64,000 nt of DNA, taken from Candidatus Multivoradales bacterium (lineage in GTDB: Bacteria > Acidobacteriota > Thermoanaerobaculia > Multivoradales > J023). A program made the position numbers and the translations under genes. Within the stretch, counting starts at the first letter, position 1; each line of letters starts with the position of its first letter. The stretch lies in NCBI GenBank assembly GCA_965248925.1, contig CBDFLE010000005.1, positions 2,272,001 through 2,336,000 on the forward strand, written 5' to 3'. Under the pieces are notes generated by a model. That model searched no databases, was not told the DNA's origin, and saw only the letters and a list, made by a program, of their open reading frames with translations. Below are positions 27,406 to 40,300 of this stretch, one piece after another.

Positions 27406-27889
27406 TTGGAAGACTGGGGAGATAATTCTCTAGCTGCGTGGCAAGCGGACCCTAACTAGGCGACAATCCCGTCGAAGGTGTAGGGTTTTACCGGAGAAGG
27501 CAGAAAAAGGGGCACAGGGAGAGAACAACACCTTGCCGCTCACGATCTTCGCCACGAGGTTCTGGCATGGCGATGAAATGGGGCGGCAACTCCGAAAATT
27601 CGGAGTAGGAGAGCATCGGTGGGGAGCGTGAAGATGCCCGTCCGACCTGGACCTTCGGCCGGGTGCAGCCTCGATACTTACAGGCCATTTGGCCAACTTC
27701 TGGCTCGCGATCCGCATTCCGAGGGAACGCGGCTGGTTGTGCTTGCGCTCGAGACAGGCCACCAGGCTCGCGCCCCTGTTCGCTACCTTGCCCTCTTGGG
27801 CGACCACCACCGCCGCAACCTGATCGACCCCGATCAGCTGCCAATGCAAACTTATCAGCCTACCCCAGGCTCCAAGGTTCCAAGGTGAC

Positions 27890-28309
27890 GTGATGAATCC
27901 TCTCGCCTGTCTACTCCCCAGCTTATGCGTCTGCCTCGTCTGGCTCGCCCAGCCGGCCGACGCCGCGACATCAACGGCGGCCGAGACGACCTTTCTTCCC
28001 GAGCTGACCGTGCTAGCCCTCGATCCAGCCGCCCAAGGCGCAGTAGTGAAGGTGGCAGACGGCGACTTGCTGTTGCTGGTCGCTGGCGATCTGCTGCCCG
28101 GTGAGGCGATCAAGGTGCGCCGCGTCCTGGCAGACCGGCTGGTGCTGAGTGAGCGCCTGCCCTCGGGCGTCCAGCGTCTCGCCTGGCTCTACCTGATCGA
28201 CCCCGACAGTGGTCGCTCGCAGCTGCGTTACCTCGACCGACTACCCGCTGACAACTCCCTCCAGCTGAGCCCGGCAACCCCGGATCTGGGCACGGAAGAC
28301 CGCCGATGA
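27890..28309 (+). CDS. Small secreted protein with PilP/GspC-HR-like beta-domain pattern
   Basis: Signal peptide ending ...LAQPADA, then AVVKVADGDLLLLVAGDLLPGEAIKVRRVLADRLVLSERLPSG. Its stop overlaps the start of the giant gene (ATGA 28306-28309). The CDS is well supported; the family call is by eye. Confidence 0.7.
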   Translation: MMNPLACLLPSLCVCLVWLAQPADAATSTAAETTFLPELTVLALDPAAQGAVVKVADGDLLLLVAGDLLPGEAIKVRRVLADRLVLSERLPSGVQRLAWLYLIDPDSGRSQLRYLDRLPADNSLQLSPATPDLGTEDRR

Positions 28310-31300
28310 AGACCTGCCGCAGATCGTCGCTAGCTCTCATTCTCGGGCTACCCCTGCTCTTGGCACTGCTGTGGATCGGGGCATCGCCAGTGGCGGCAGA
28401 CTCGCTCTGGCTGAGCACCGATCCGCTTGCTACCAAGGATCCAGCAGCAGCGCCCAAGGCTGACCACGTCACCTTTCGCCAAGACCATGGTGTGGTGGCG
28501 GTGCTGGAGGTCGAAGGCAATTACGATCTGCGCATCGACGGTGTGCTCAACAGCGAGCTGCGGGCCGCGGTGGGCCAGGAATTCTTGGCTCACCATCCCG
28601 ACATCTACGATTTCCTGGTTGTTTTTACTTCTTTCGAAGTGGATCTGGGCCCGCAAGTGCTGGGCAACCATCTCGGCTTGCGCAATTCGGTCGCCGGCAT
28701 CGGCTTGCCACTGTTCGACAACAGCTCGCTGTTCGGCAGCAACAGCCGGTTACAGGGCTACATCGACATGCGGTCGGTAACCCAAAATCCCACCCAACCG
28801 CTGGCTGCAGAATTCGAATCCACCCTCACCGTGCTCAGCCACGAACTAATGCACCAATGGTGCTGCTATGTCGACTTTGAACTCGCCAATGGCTCGATCA
28901 GCGACTCGCTGCGAGCCGCCAACGGCCATTGGAGTTATCTGTTAGCTAGCGACGCCTCGGTGATGTACGGCGGTGAATGGCAGGACCAGGGTGACGGCAC
29001 CTTCAGCAACTTGCGACGCCAACGCGCCTACGGCCCGCTGGACCGCTATCTGGCCGGATGGCTGAGCACCGAGGAGGTGCCGGCGGCGCTGCTGATCGAC
29101 AATCCAGCGATCGACCCGGCCACTCCGCCGCCAGCACCGGGGACGCTGCTCAGCGGCATCGCCTCGGCGATCGAAATCGCCGCTGTGGTCGCCGCCGAGG
29201 GCCCGCGCCTGCCAGCCACCGACCAGGCGCAGCGGGACTTCCGCATCGCTTTTCTGCTGCTGCTGCGACCGGGCGAGGCCGTCGCCAATCGAGACCTGGC
29301 CGGCCTCGAGCGTGTCGCCGCCGAGATCGCCACCCGCTTCACCGTGCTCAGTGGCGGTCAGGCGCTGGCCGACAGCGGGCCTTTGGCCGACTCCGAGGGC
29401 ACGATTGGTACCCCAGGCGGCACTTTCGGTGGTGATCCACGACCCGCCCAGGACCTGGACCTAGCGGCCGCGCTGACCTGGCTGCGCGGCCGCCAACAGC
29501 CTGCCGGCTATTGGCAAGACACCGCCGGTACGCGGGTGCGCGACACGGTGATCGCCCTGCGCACCTTGAATGCTCTCGATCCCACCTTCACCGGCGCTCC
29601 GCAGGCCCTTGTCTGGCTGGCACAACAAGAGCAGCCCAGCACCGACTCGGTGGCTCGCCTGGCCGCCGCCCTGAGCCTCGCCGGGCAGGACGTCAGCAAC
29701 CTCCGCGAGCAGCTCGCCGGGCGCCAGAACGCCGGCGGCGGCTGGGGCATCGAAGCCAACGCGGCTAGCGATCCCCTCGACACCGCCCTGGCTTTAGTGG
29801 TCCTCGGCGGCGCCCTGGCCGAAGATCCGGCGGTCGGCTTTCTCGAAGCCAGCCAGCGGACTGATGGTGGTTGGGGACACGTTGCCGCAGGACCCAGTCG
29901 CACCACCACCACCACCACGGTACTCCGCGCTTTGCAGGCCGCCGATCGTCAGGGAGCTGCACTCGACGCCGCTTTGAGCTTTCTCGGCGGTCGTCAGAAT
30001 GGCAACGACGGCGGCTTTGGCGATAGCCCGTCGACGGTGCACGACACCGCCCAGGTGATCTCCACTTTGAGCCGCCTGGAAGCCCTCGAGCACATCGACT
30101 CGGCGGCAGCCAAGGACTTTCTCGCCGGCCGTCAAACCGACGATGGCAGCTGGGACGGCAGCGTTTACGCCACCGCCTTGGCGGTCGACTCCCTGCGCCG
30201 CTTCGAAGTCCCGGACTGGAACTTCGCCCAGGGCCTGTCGGCGCAGCCGGCTTCCCCCCGCGATGGCCAGCGGGTACAGCTCGAAGTGAGCGTGCGTAAC
30301 GCTAGCTCGGCGGCGGCGCCCGCCGCCACCTTGCGCTTCTACAACCACCCACCAGAGCAAGGGGGCATAGTGATCGGCGACGAAGTCCCGATCCCCGCCT
30401 TGCTCCTCGGTCAGAGCGCCACCCTGGGCACTACCTGGGACACTTTCGACCAGGCCGGGCCACGGCGACTGGTGGCGGTGATCGACCCTGACAATCTGGT
30501 CGCCGAAGCCGACGAATTGAACAATCGCAGCCAGCTCGATCTCACCGTCGAGCCACCCCCCGCCGGGATCGACCTGGAGATCGACGCCAGCGAAGTGATC
30601 GCCATGCCGGCGCACCCTACCCGTCTGCCTACTGCGGTCGAAATCGCCGCCGTAGTGCGCAACTTCGGCAGCAGCGACGCGGCAAACGTGGTCCTGCGCC
30701 TATTCCTCGGCGAGCCCGAGTTCGGCCAACTGCTCGACCAAATCGTGCTGCCCCAGGTCGCCGCCCGCAACAGCAGCAGCGGTCTCTTGACTTTCCAATT
30801 GAGCGATCCGGGCAGCTTCGAGCTGTGGGTCGAGGCGGCCCCGGAGGGCGATGTCGAGCCCAGCAACAACCGGGCGCTGGTGCGGGTGGAGACCGCCCCA
30901 GCCCTCGACCTGGAAATTCTGGCCAGCGACCTGCAAGTCTCCGCCGACCCTGCTGTGCTCGGTTCCGATGTCACCTTTACGGTGTTGGCGCACAACCGTG
31001 GCACGGTGGACTCGGTGAGTTTCGCCCTGGCTTTGTCGGTGAGCGACGGCACCGAGGTCCGCCAACTGCCGACCCTCAGCACCCAATTGGCCGCCGGCCA
31101 GACGGTCGAGCTGGAGATCCACTGGCGGGTCGATCTCACCGGCGCCTTGACCTTCACTGCCGCTGCCGACCCGGATGGGCTGCTGCCGGAGAACGACCGG
31201 GACAACAACCAGGCGAGCTTGGCTTTCACCGCCAGCGCATTGACCGAGCCCAACCTCAGCGTGGCATCGCTCGACCTGAGCTTCGACCCGGAACCGGCCC

Positions 31301-34300
31301 TCGCCGGCGCACCGCTACAGCTGTCGATTCTGCTGCGCAACACCGGCGGCACCGCCCTGAGCAATGTGGCGGTCGCTTTCTGGGACGGCCATCCGCAGCA
31401 GGGAGGCAGCCGCATCACCGAGACGACGGTCGCCGCCCTGGCCGCTGGCGACCAAGCCCTAGTCAGCGCCAGCTGGATGGTCAGCGGCGACCAAGATCGA
31501 CTGATCTATGCCACCGCCGACCCGGATGATGCGGTGGCCGAAATCGACGAGAGCGACAATCTCGCCTTCCGTCCACTGAGCGTTCTCGGTCTGCCCGACC
31601 TGGTGCTCTCGGACGCCGCCCTGAGCCTCACTCCCCCCTTCCCGACACCGGGGGAGACGGCCTTGCTCAGCGCCCGGATCAGCAACCTCGGCGAGCGCCC
31701 CGCCGGTCCTTTTGCGGTTCGTGCTCTGCGTCTCGACGCGGCCGGCAACGAAGTGCTGATCGGTGAGCAGAGCCTCAGCATTGCCGCCTTCGACGAGGAC
31801 TCGGTGAGCTTCTCCCTGACCCTGCCCGCGGACGATCAACCCGGACTGCTGCGGATCATCGCCGACGTCTTGGACGAGGTGGTCGAAGGCCACGAGGACA
31901 ACAACCAAGCCAGCTTGGCTTTCGCCGTTCAAGGCAGCGATTTCTTCGTCAGCGAGCGCTATTTCTCGCCCGACGGCGACGGTCTGCAAGACAGCACCCG
32001 ACTGTTCTTCCGCCTACCGGCGGCGGCCGATGTCGACCTGGTGGTGCGCAACCTCGAGGGGGCCGCGATCCGCCGCTTCGAACATGTGCTAGCGAACGGC
32101 GCTAGCAGCGGCGAGACGCTGTGGGACGGCCGCGACGATCAAGGGCGCTTGGCGATCGATGGCGACTACCGGCTGACCATCGAGTCGCATCCCGAGGGCG
32201 AGACGCTGGGCGAGGTGCTGGGCACGGCGCTGGTCAGTCTCGACACCAACCACTCCAGCTCTCGCCTGGCTTTGGGTAGCGAGTTCGCTCGCTTCACCCG
32301 CTTCACTTGCGAACTCTACGAAGCGCAGCGTTTTGAGCTCAGCGACGACGAACGTTGGCTCTACTTCCAGGCCCTCGACGACACCTTCCAACCCGGCCTT
32401 TACCGGGCTCGGCCCAGCGGTCCAGGGGTGCCACAAGAGGTCTTGCGCGGTCGCTTAACCGACTTCGCGGTTTCCGCCAACGCCAGCCGGCTGGCCTTCT
32501 CGCCCGATCTGGCATTCGGCGATTTTGAAGATGTCTTCCTGGCCGCTGGCGATGGCAGCTCCGCCAGCTTGGCGCGTCCCGCCAGCCGGGTGCTGGCGTT
32601 CGACTACCTCGACCGCCTGTTGCTGTTGCACCGCGCCGGCAACGACCACTTAGAAGCCCTGCCGCGAGGCGGCGGCTTGCCCATCGAGCTGGCCTCTTGG
32701 CCGGCCACCGAAGACTGGCGCTACGCCCTGTCGAGGGATCGCCAGAGCTTGGCGATCCTGCTCGATGGCAGCGAAATGCGCCTCTTCGACCTGCTCAGTG
32801 GCACTACGGCGACGCTCACTATCCCCGGCGCTAGTGATCCCTTCACCCTGCCTAGAGACGGTGGCGATCACGCTGTCATGCGCTGGTCCCCGGACGGCAG
32901 CCTGCTGGCCATCGCCGATGAGGACGGCGAACAGTTGCACCTGCTGGATCAGGGCGGCACCCTGCTGCACAGCGTGCCGTTAGCCGCGGCTGACTATCCC
33001 GCGGCGTTGCAGGACCTCGACGAATTCAGCCCCCAGGACTATGCCAACGCGAACTTGCGAGCTGTGCGACCGATCGAATGGAACAGCCGCGGTGACCAGC
33101 TTGCGGTGCTGCTGATCTTCAGCGGCAATGGCATTGACTTCTTCGCCGTGATGACGGTCGACGCCAGCACCGGCAGCGCCGCCGCAGCAGCTTGGTCGGC
33201 AGCGGTCGAGACCGCGCCGGTCATGTCGCCGGTGATCCTCGGCAAGGCTCTCGGCGAACCCAGCGAGCTGTTGCCCTTCGAAAGCGGGCAGATTCCCTCG
33301 CGCATCGAATGGTGGCACCCTGACGAGCAGCTGTTGCTCTATGGCCCGCAGGGCATCGAGCTACGGCCGGGGCTACCCTTGGATCGGGTATTCGAGGATT
33401 TCGACGACTTCAGCCCCCTGGCTTTTCTGCCCAGTGGCCGCGGCCTGATCTTCTCTACAGTTGACGGCATCGACGATCCCGGCTGTTTTGGCGACGATGT
33501 GCCAGATCTGTGGTCCTTCTTCTCGCTACTGAATCTGTGGGTCGAACTCACCGTCGAGGCCAGCGAGCAGCTCGGCACTTTCCAGCTCAGTGGCACCGCC
33601 GCCGACCTTCACCTCGCCAATTGGCGCCTGGAATGGCGGCGCACTACCGAGCTCGAAGAGGTTTGGCGACCGATCGCCGCGCCGTCGTCGACCGCGGTGG
33701 TCGATCAGCCCTTGGCGCAGTGGATAGCACCGGGACCGGGACTCTACGAAGTCCGCTTGCTGGTCACCGACCTCGCCGGCAACCAACGCCAGGTGCGCCG
33801 CATGGTGGCCAACGCCGACACTCCGTCGATCGCCAATGTGCGGCTCGAACCGGCGGTGTTCTCCACCACCGGTGGGTCGACCCTGGCCAACCACACTGAA
33901 GTGATCTACGACGTCTTGCTGCCGGTCAACCTGCGTTTCGATATTTTCGACGTTTCAGGCACCTTCGTCACCACTCTCCTGCGAGACCACCCCACCGCTG
34001 GCTCGGGCTTCCGCCAGCTGTGGAACGGCACTGACTCCCTCGGCCGACCGGTGCCGGACGGCGGCTATATCATCCGCGTCGCCGGCCTCGAGTTGGCGGT
34101 AGAAATCGACTCGGCGACACCGCGGATCGAGCATGGCGCCACCCTGCGTACTGAGCGCCGGATCGAGGGCAGCTGCGGAGACTTGCTGCCCATCCAGGAT
34201 CTGCAACCGCTGCGGCTGTTTGACTTCTTCGAACCCAACTTGGATACGACCTCCTTCGAGCACGGTGCCGGCGCCACGCCAGCAATCTGGCAACCGGTCG

Positions 34301-37300
34301 GCAGCGACCTGATCGACTGCTTCGCTAGTCAGACCTCGGATTTGCGGTGTCAGATCAGCGTGCCCTCATTGACCGCAGCGACTAGCTATCGCGCCACCGC
34401 CACCGACCTGGCCGGCAACCGCTCGGTGGTGGTGTCGCCACCGAGGGTGCAAACCGCCCTGCTGATCGAGAGGATCGATCCCCCTGCGGCCGGTCGCGAC
34501 CGTCGGCTCGGCGGTCGCCTACAGCCGTTCTTCCCGCCCTCGCTGCCCGGCGATCTGCTGCTGCATCAAGCTCAACTGCTGCGTCTGTTGGTTGCCGAAT
34601 CGACCGCCGCGGCGCTGAATTCGATCAGCATCCAGTACCGTCCAATCAACGCGGCCGCTCCCTGGTTATCCCAGACGGTCGCCAGCTCAGCGCCCTTGGA
34701 TGGTCGCTTCGAGGTAATTTGGGACGCCACCTTGGCCCTTCGCGGCGTGGAGTTGGAAGTGCGCCTGCGCGGCCTGGCCAGCGATGGCTCGGAACTGCTG
34801 TCGAATTCCTTCCCGCTGCTGCTCGACCCGGTCGAATCCCGCGGCCGACTGCGCCCCGCCGATCTCGAACCGACGGCCCCCCACGGCGAGTTGCTCAGTA
34901 CTTTGCTGACCGAGGCCGCACTCGATCTTGACCATCAAAGCGTGCTCTGGGCGGTGGTTAAGAGTGATGATCCGACCCTCCGGCTGAGTGCCTCGATCTC
35001 CAGTCTCGACGACCCAGCCTTCGCCTCAAGCCAGGCCCTAGCGGTGGCCATCAGCGCTCAGGGGATCTACCTGCTGGTGCCGCGCCAGCCACTCGACGAC
35101 GACTCCACTTATCTGCTGAGCTTCCGCCTCAGCCGCCCCCTGTCCTGCCCCGACGGTGGCCTGCCGTTTTCCTTGGATTCCAGTCTGGGTTCCGCGCTGA
35201 GTGTGGAGATCGACAGTCGCTTCGAGGCCACCGACTGCGACCCTGCAGACGCCAGCTTGGAAATCTCGATGGTGCCTCGGGGCGGGGCGCTGGTCAGCCT
35301 GCGACTCGAACAGCGACTAGGCGACGAACTCAGCACGGTGTTCAGCATTCAGCAGCCGGAGGATGGCGAGACCTACCGTTTCACGCCCTCGTTGAGCCTG
35401 CCGCTGGAGCAAGCAGTGACTTTCATTGCCGCGGTCCAAGACGGCTCCGGCATCCCTGCCTACGCCCAACTCGAGCTACCCGGCCAGCCTGCGCTGCCGC
35501 TTCTCGACCTCACCCAGCCCGGCGCCAGCCAGCGCCTGTGCGGCGGCGCCGAGATCCCGCTGGCGGGCTCGATCGACAGCGAACTGCTTTTCGCCTACCG
35601 CCTGCAGCTGAGTCGCGACGGCGAATCGTTCTCAACCTTTCACGAAGTCACGCAGGCCACCAGCCTTGACAGTCTGCTAGCGATCTACGGCGACGCCGAC
35701 GAAGAACCCTCCTTGGCCGCCGGCCCAGCCAGTTGGCGTTTGCAGGTGGTCGATATTGGTGGCAATGTGGTTTGCGCCGAAGTCGCGACCGAGATCGTCG
35801 AACTTCAAGCGATGCCGCTGATCGCTCTCGACAACCCTTTGATCTCCCCCAACGGCGATGGCCTCCTCGACCAGCTGACGGTGACCTACGACAGCGCTGA
35901 TCCGGCCACCCTGAGCCTGGCGATTCGCGATCCGGCTGGCAATCTAGTGCGCCAGCTGGCCAGCAGCGTGGCCATCCAAGGCAGCGGCGCCTTGAGCTGG
36001 GATGGACATGACGCCTCAAACCAACTGGTGGCGGATGGGGTCTACACCGTGGCCGCCAACTTCGGCGGCCTGTGTGGCGATCTGCAAAGCCTGCTGCTAG
36101 CGGTGGAGGTCGACACCACGGCGCCAGAAGTCGCCATCGCCTTCCCCCGTCCGGGCGATCCCCTCGACACCCTGATCGAGATCTTCGGCAGCGCCATCGA
36201 CCGAAATTTCTCGCAGTTCACTGTCGAGCGCAGCGCCACCGGCAGCGCGGTGTGGAGCCTGATCGACAGCGCTACCACGCCACGGCAAGACGGCCTGTTG
36301 GCAGTGTGGAATAGCTTCGGTCTGCAGGGTGCGCACAGCTTGCGTCTCAGCGCCAGCGACCGGGCCGGCAACCGGGCCAGCACTCAGGTCGACTTGTTCT
36401 TCGATCAGCGCCTGGAGCTGATCAGCGACCTCAGCGCGGTGCCCCGGCTGCTGTCGCCCAACGGCGATGGCCAACTCGACGCCAGCTCGATCGTCTTCGG
36501 CCTCAGCGCCGCGGCGCGGATCGACTTGCAAATCGTCAACAGCGACGGCGCGGTGCAGCTCGACTTGCTGAGCGCGGTCGAGCGCGGCGCCGGCACCCAC
36601 CCCGCCCGCTGGACCGGTGAACTGGCCGGTGGCATCTTGGCCGACGACGGCGACTACCGCCTGCGACTCACCGCCGCCCCTCTCGACCAGCCGTTGGCGC
36701 TGCAAGTCGAAGACCTCGTGCTGAGTGTCGATGCGAGCCCTCCGACCCTGGCTCTCAGCCAGCCCGGCGCGGGCAGCGTGGTGCGCGGCACCGCGGCCAT
36801 CACCGGTTCGGTGACCGATCCTCACCTGCTGGCTTACCGGGTCGAACTGGCGAGCGGCGACGCCGGCCCGTGGAGTGTGCTGGCGACCGGCAGCGTCGAG
36901 CGGCTCGACTACGACTTCGCCCACCTCGCCAACGTGACCGAGGGTGGTTACTTCCTCCGTCTAGCGGCCGAGGACAGTGCCGCCAACGGCAGTTCGTTGC
37001 CAGTCGCCTTCACCGTCGACAACACACCGCCCGAAGTCAGCTGGCAGCTACCTGAGAACGGTGCGGTGTTGAGCGGGGTGAACGGCCCGCAGAACTTGCT
37101 CGGCAGCCTGGTGGAGCTGAACCTGGTGCAATACCGCATCGAATTCGGCGCCGGTTCCAACCCCGCCAGTTGGCTGCCGATTGCCTTCGGCACCGAAGTC
37201 AGCGGCAGCACCGTCAGCACGCCTTGGGACATCGCCGCCGTGGCCGATGGCCCCTACATCCTGCGCTTGCTGGCCGAAGATGGCGCCGGCTGGATCAGCG

Positions 37301-40300
37301 AGGCTCGGCGCTCGATAGAGATCGACAACAGCCCGCCGATGGTCGCCCTGACCGCTCCTGGCGATGGCGACTTCATCACCGAGCCAACGGCGATTCTCGG
37401 CACCGCCACCGACGCCCACCTGCTGGACTATCGCCTGGCGGTCGCCGCCGCCGGCAGCCAGGCATTCACCGAGGTCTTCGTCGGCCAACAAGCGGTGATG
37501 ACTGGCCTGCTAGCCAACTGGGCGGCCCTGCCGCCGGACGGTCCCCACACCCTACGGCTCAGCGCCACCGACCTGGCCGGCCAGCAAGCCAGCGTTGAGA
37601 TCGAGGTCGAGATCGACCTCACCCCACCTCCACCGGTAGTGCTCAGCGGCGAGCTGCAGCAGAGCCGCGACGCCCACTTATCGTGGACCAGTTCGGCCGC
37701 CGCCGACTTGGCGGGCTATGAGATTCAGCGCGACGGCGTCGAGATCAGCGGCAGCCCGACCCAGACCACCCAACTGGTCGACGCCGCTCTCACCACCGGC
37801 AGCTACTTCTACACCGTGCGCGCCATCGACCACGCCGGTTTGCGCAGTCCTGCTTCGAACGAGGTCGAGCTGACCGTCGATATCGATCCGCCGCTGGCGG
37901 TGCTGTTGCGGCCGGCTGACGGGCAGCGGGTGCGCGGTCTGGTCGAGGTCCTCGGCAGCGCCCACAGCGCCCTCGACTTCGCCGAATATCGCCTGTCGAT
38001 CGCCGAGGGTGATCTGAGCACCGGCGAGGGCAGCTGGCAGCTGCTAAGACGCTCACCGGTGCCGGTGCTGGCTGGCGACCTGGGCCAGTGGCAGGCGCCA
38101 ACACTCAGCGACGCGACCTACACCCTGCGTCTCGAAGCCGAGGATCTGGTCGGCAACGTCGCCGACGTGCGCTTGCTGTTGACCGTCGACAACGCGCCGC
38201 CGGCCACCCCGACCGGCCTGGCCGCCAACGCCAACGGTGACGACGTCACCACCAGCTGGGATGCCAACATCGAGCCCGACCTGGCCGGCTATCTGCTCTA
38301 CCGCGATGGCCAGCCGCTCGGCGACGGCAGCGACACCGGCGACTTCGGCAACCTCCTGATCGAGCCCAGCGGCAATCCCCTGGAGCTTTACCTCGATACC
38401 GACGTCGCCGACGCCGAGCACATCTACACGGTCGTGGCAATTGATCTGGCCGGCAATCTCAGTCCGCCCTCCGCCCCAGCGCATGTGGTGGTCGAGACCG
38501 GCCCACCGCGAGCGATCCTGGTCAGCCCCGAAGACGGCAGGGAGTTCGATCAGACTCTATTCCTCGCCGCCATCGCCGAAGATGGCGACATCGCGCAAGT
38601 GCAATTCCAGCAGCGGGCGACCGGCGCAGCCATCTGGACCGATCTGTCGATCGATCTGACGCCGCCCTGGGAGGCCACTTGGGACCCCGGCATCCTGCCT
38701 TTCGGCGGCTACCAGCTGCGCGCCTTGGCGACTGACTTTGGTGCTCGCGGCGATGCCAATCCGCCGTCCTTGTCCGTCACCTACCGTGATCTCACCGCCC
38801 CGGCGGCGGTCGATGGCCTGACTCTGGTGGCGGTCGATGGCGGCCAGGTCGAGCTGAGTTGGAATGCCAACACCAGCGACCCAGACCTCGCTGGCTACCG
38901 GGTCTTCCGCGCCGTGTCGAGCGAGTCACCAACGGCGCTCAACAGCAACCCGATCAGCGCCACCACCTACACCGACAACGGCCTCGCCGACAGCCGCTAT
39001 GACTACACGGTGCGGGCTGTGGACGACCAAGGCAATGTCTCGTTGGCCTCGAATTCGGTCGACGCACTGATCTACACGCCAACCCTCGACCCACTGCTAT
39101 CACCCACGCCGGAGAGTTCGCTCGACGCCACCGGCACCACCCCAGTGGCCGGCGCCAGCATCGAAGCAGTCCTGGTCGGCCCGGCCGGCAGCCAGACCTT
39201 GGCGGCCGTACTGGCCGACGCCGCCGGTGTCTTCGTGCTGCCGGCGGTCAGCCTGCAAGCGGGCGATCAAACCCTAACCGTGCGCAGCCGCAGTGGCGTG
39301 GTGCTGAGCAAGCCGGCCAGTCAAGGGGTGATCTCGGCTCCACCCCCGGCCGCCCCCAGCGGCTTGGCAGCGGTGGTCACCGGCCAGCAAGTAGAGCTGT
39401 CGTGGAACGCCAACAGCGAGCCCGACCTGCTGGGCTATCACTTGCTGCGCGACGATCTGCGGCTGACCGAACCGGCGCTGACCAATCCCGACTACAACGA
39501 GAGCTTGGCCGACGGCACTTACGGCTACCGGGTCCAGGCGGTCAACATCCACGGCTTCGAAAGTCCGCTCTCAGCACTGCTCGAGGTCGAGGTCGGCGAC
39601 GGCCTGGCCCCCGAACCGGTGGTGCTCTCAGGGCAGGCCGAGGGCTCCGACGTGGTGCTCACCTGGAGCGCCAGCGCCAGCGGCGACGTGGCCCGCTACC
39701 GGGTCTTCCGTGACGGACTGGAGATTGGCTCCCACGCTGACCTCGGTGACCTCTCATACCGCGATCAGCAGCTGGCCAACGCCACCTACGTCTACCAAGT
39801 GGCGGCGGTCGATGTCGGCAGCAACGTCAGCGAGCTGTCCAACCAGGTGGCGGTCACGGTAGCGATCGCGCCGCTAGCCGCGCCCGAGATCCTGGCGGTG
39901 AGCCCGCTGGCTGAGGGCGGAGTCTTGGCAGTGACTTGGCAAGCCGCCCCGGCGAGCAATCCTGCCACCTTCGAGCTGCGCCGCGCTACCCTCTCGGGCG
40001 GCCCCTACGCAACCCTGCAGCAGACTCCACTAACCAGCCACCAGGACCTGGATCTGACCAGTGGATTGGAGTATTTCTACATCGTCGTCGCTTTCGACTC
40101 GCTGGGCAACCCCAGCCCCCCTTCGGCCGAGGCCAGCGGCATCCCCGGCGCCCTGGGCCCGTTGGCACCGCCGGTGTTCAGTGAGCCCGGCAGTGCTGCC
40201 CAACCCCATCTCACCGACCAGCTGGTGATCACCGTCGGCGGCCGCACCGAGTCCGGCGCCGTGGTCACCGTGCTGCACGACGGCACCGAGATCGGCCAAG

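Noticed and set aside
29450-30200. Squalene-hopene cyclase or alpha-2-macroglobulin assignment for the QW-repeat region
   Set aside because: No DxDD catalytic motif or CGEQ thioester seen; only the repeat scaffold is supported.
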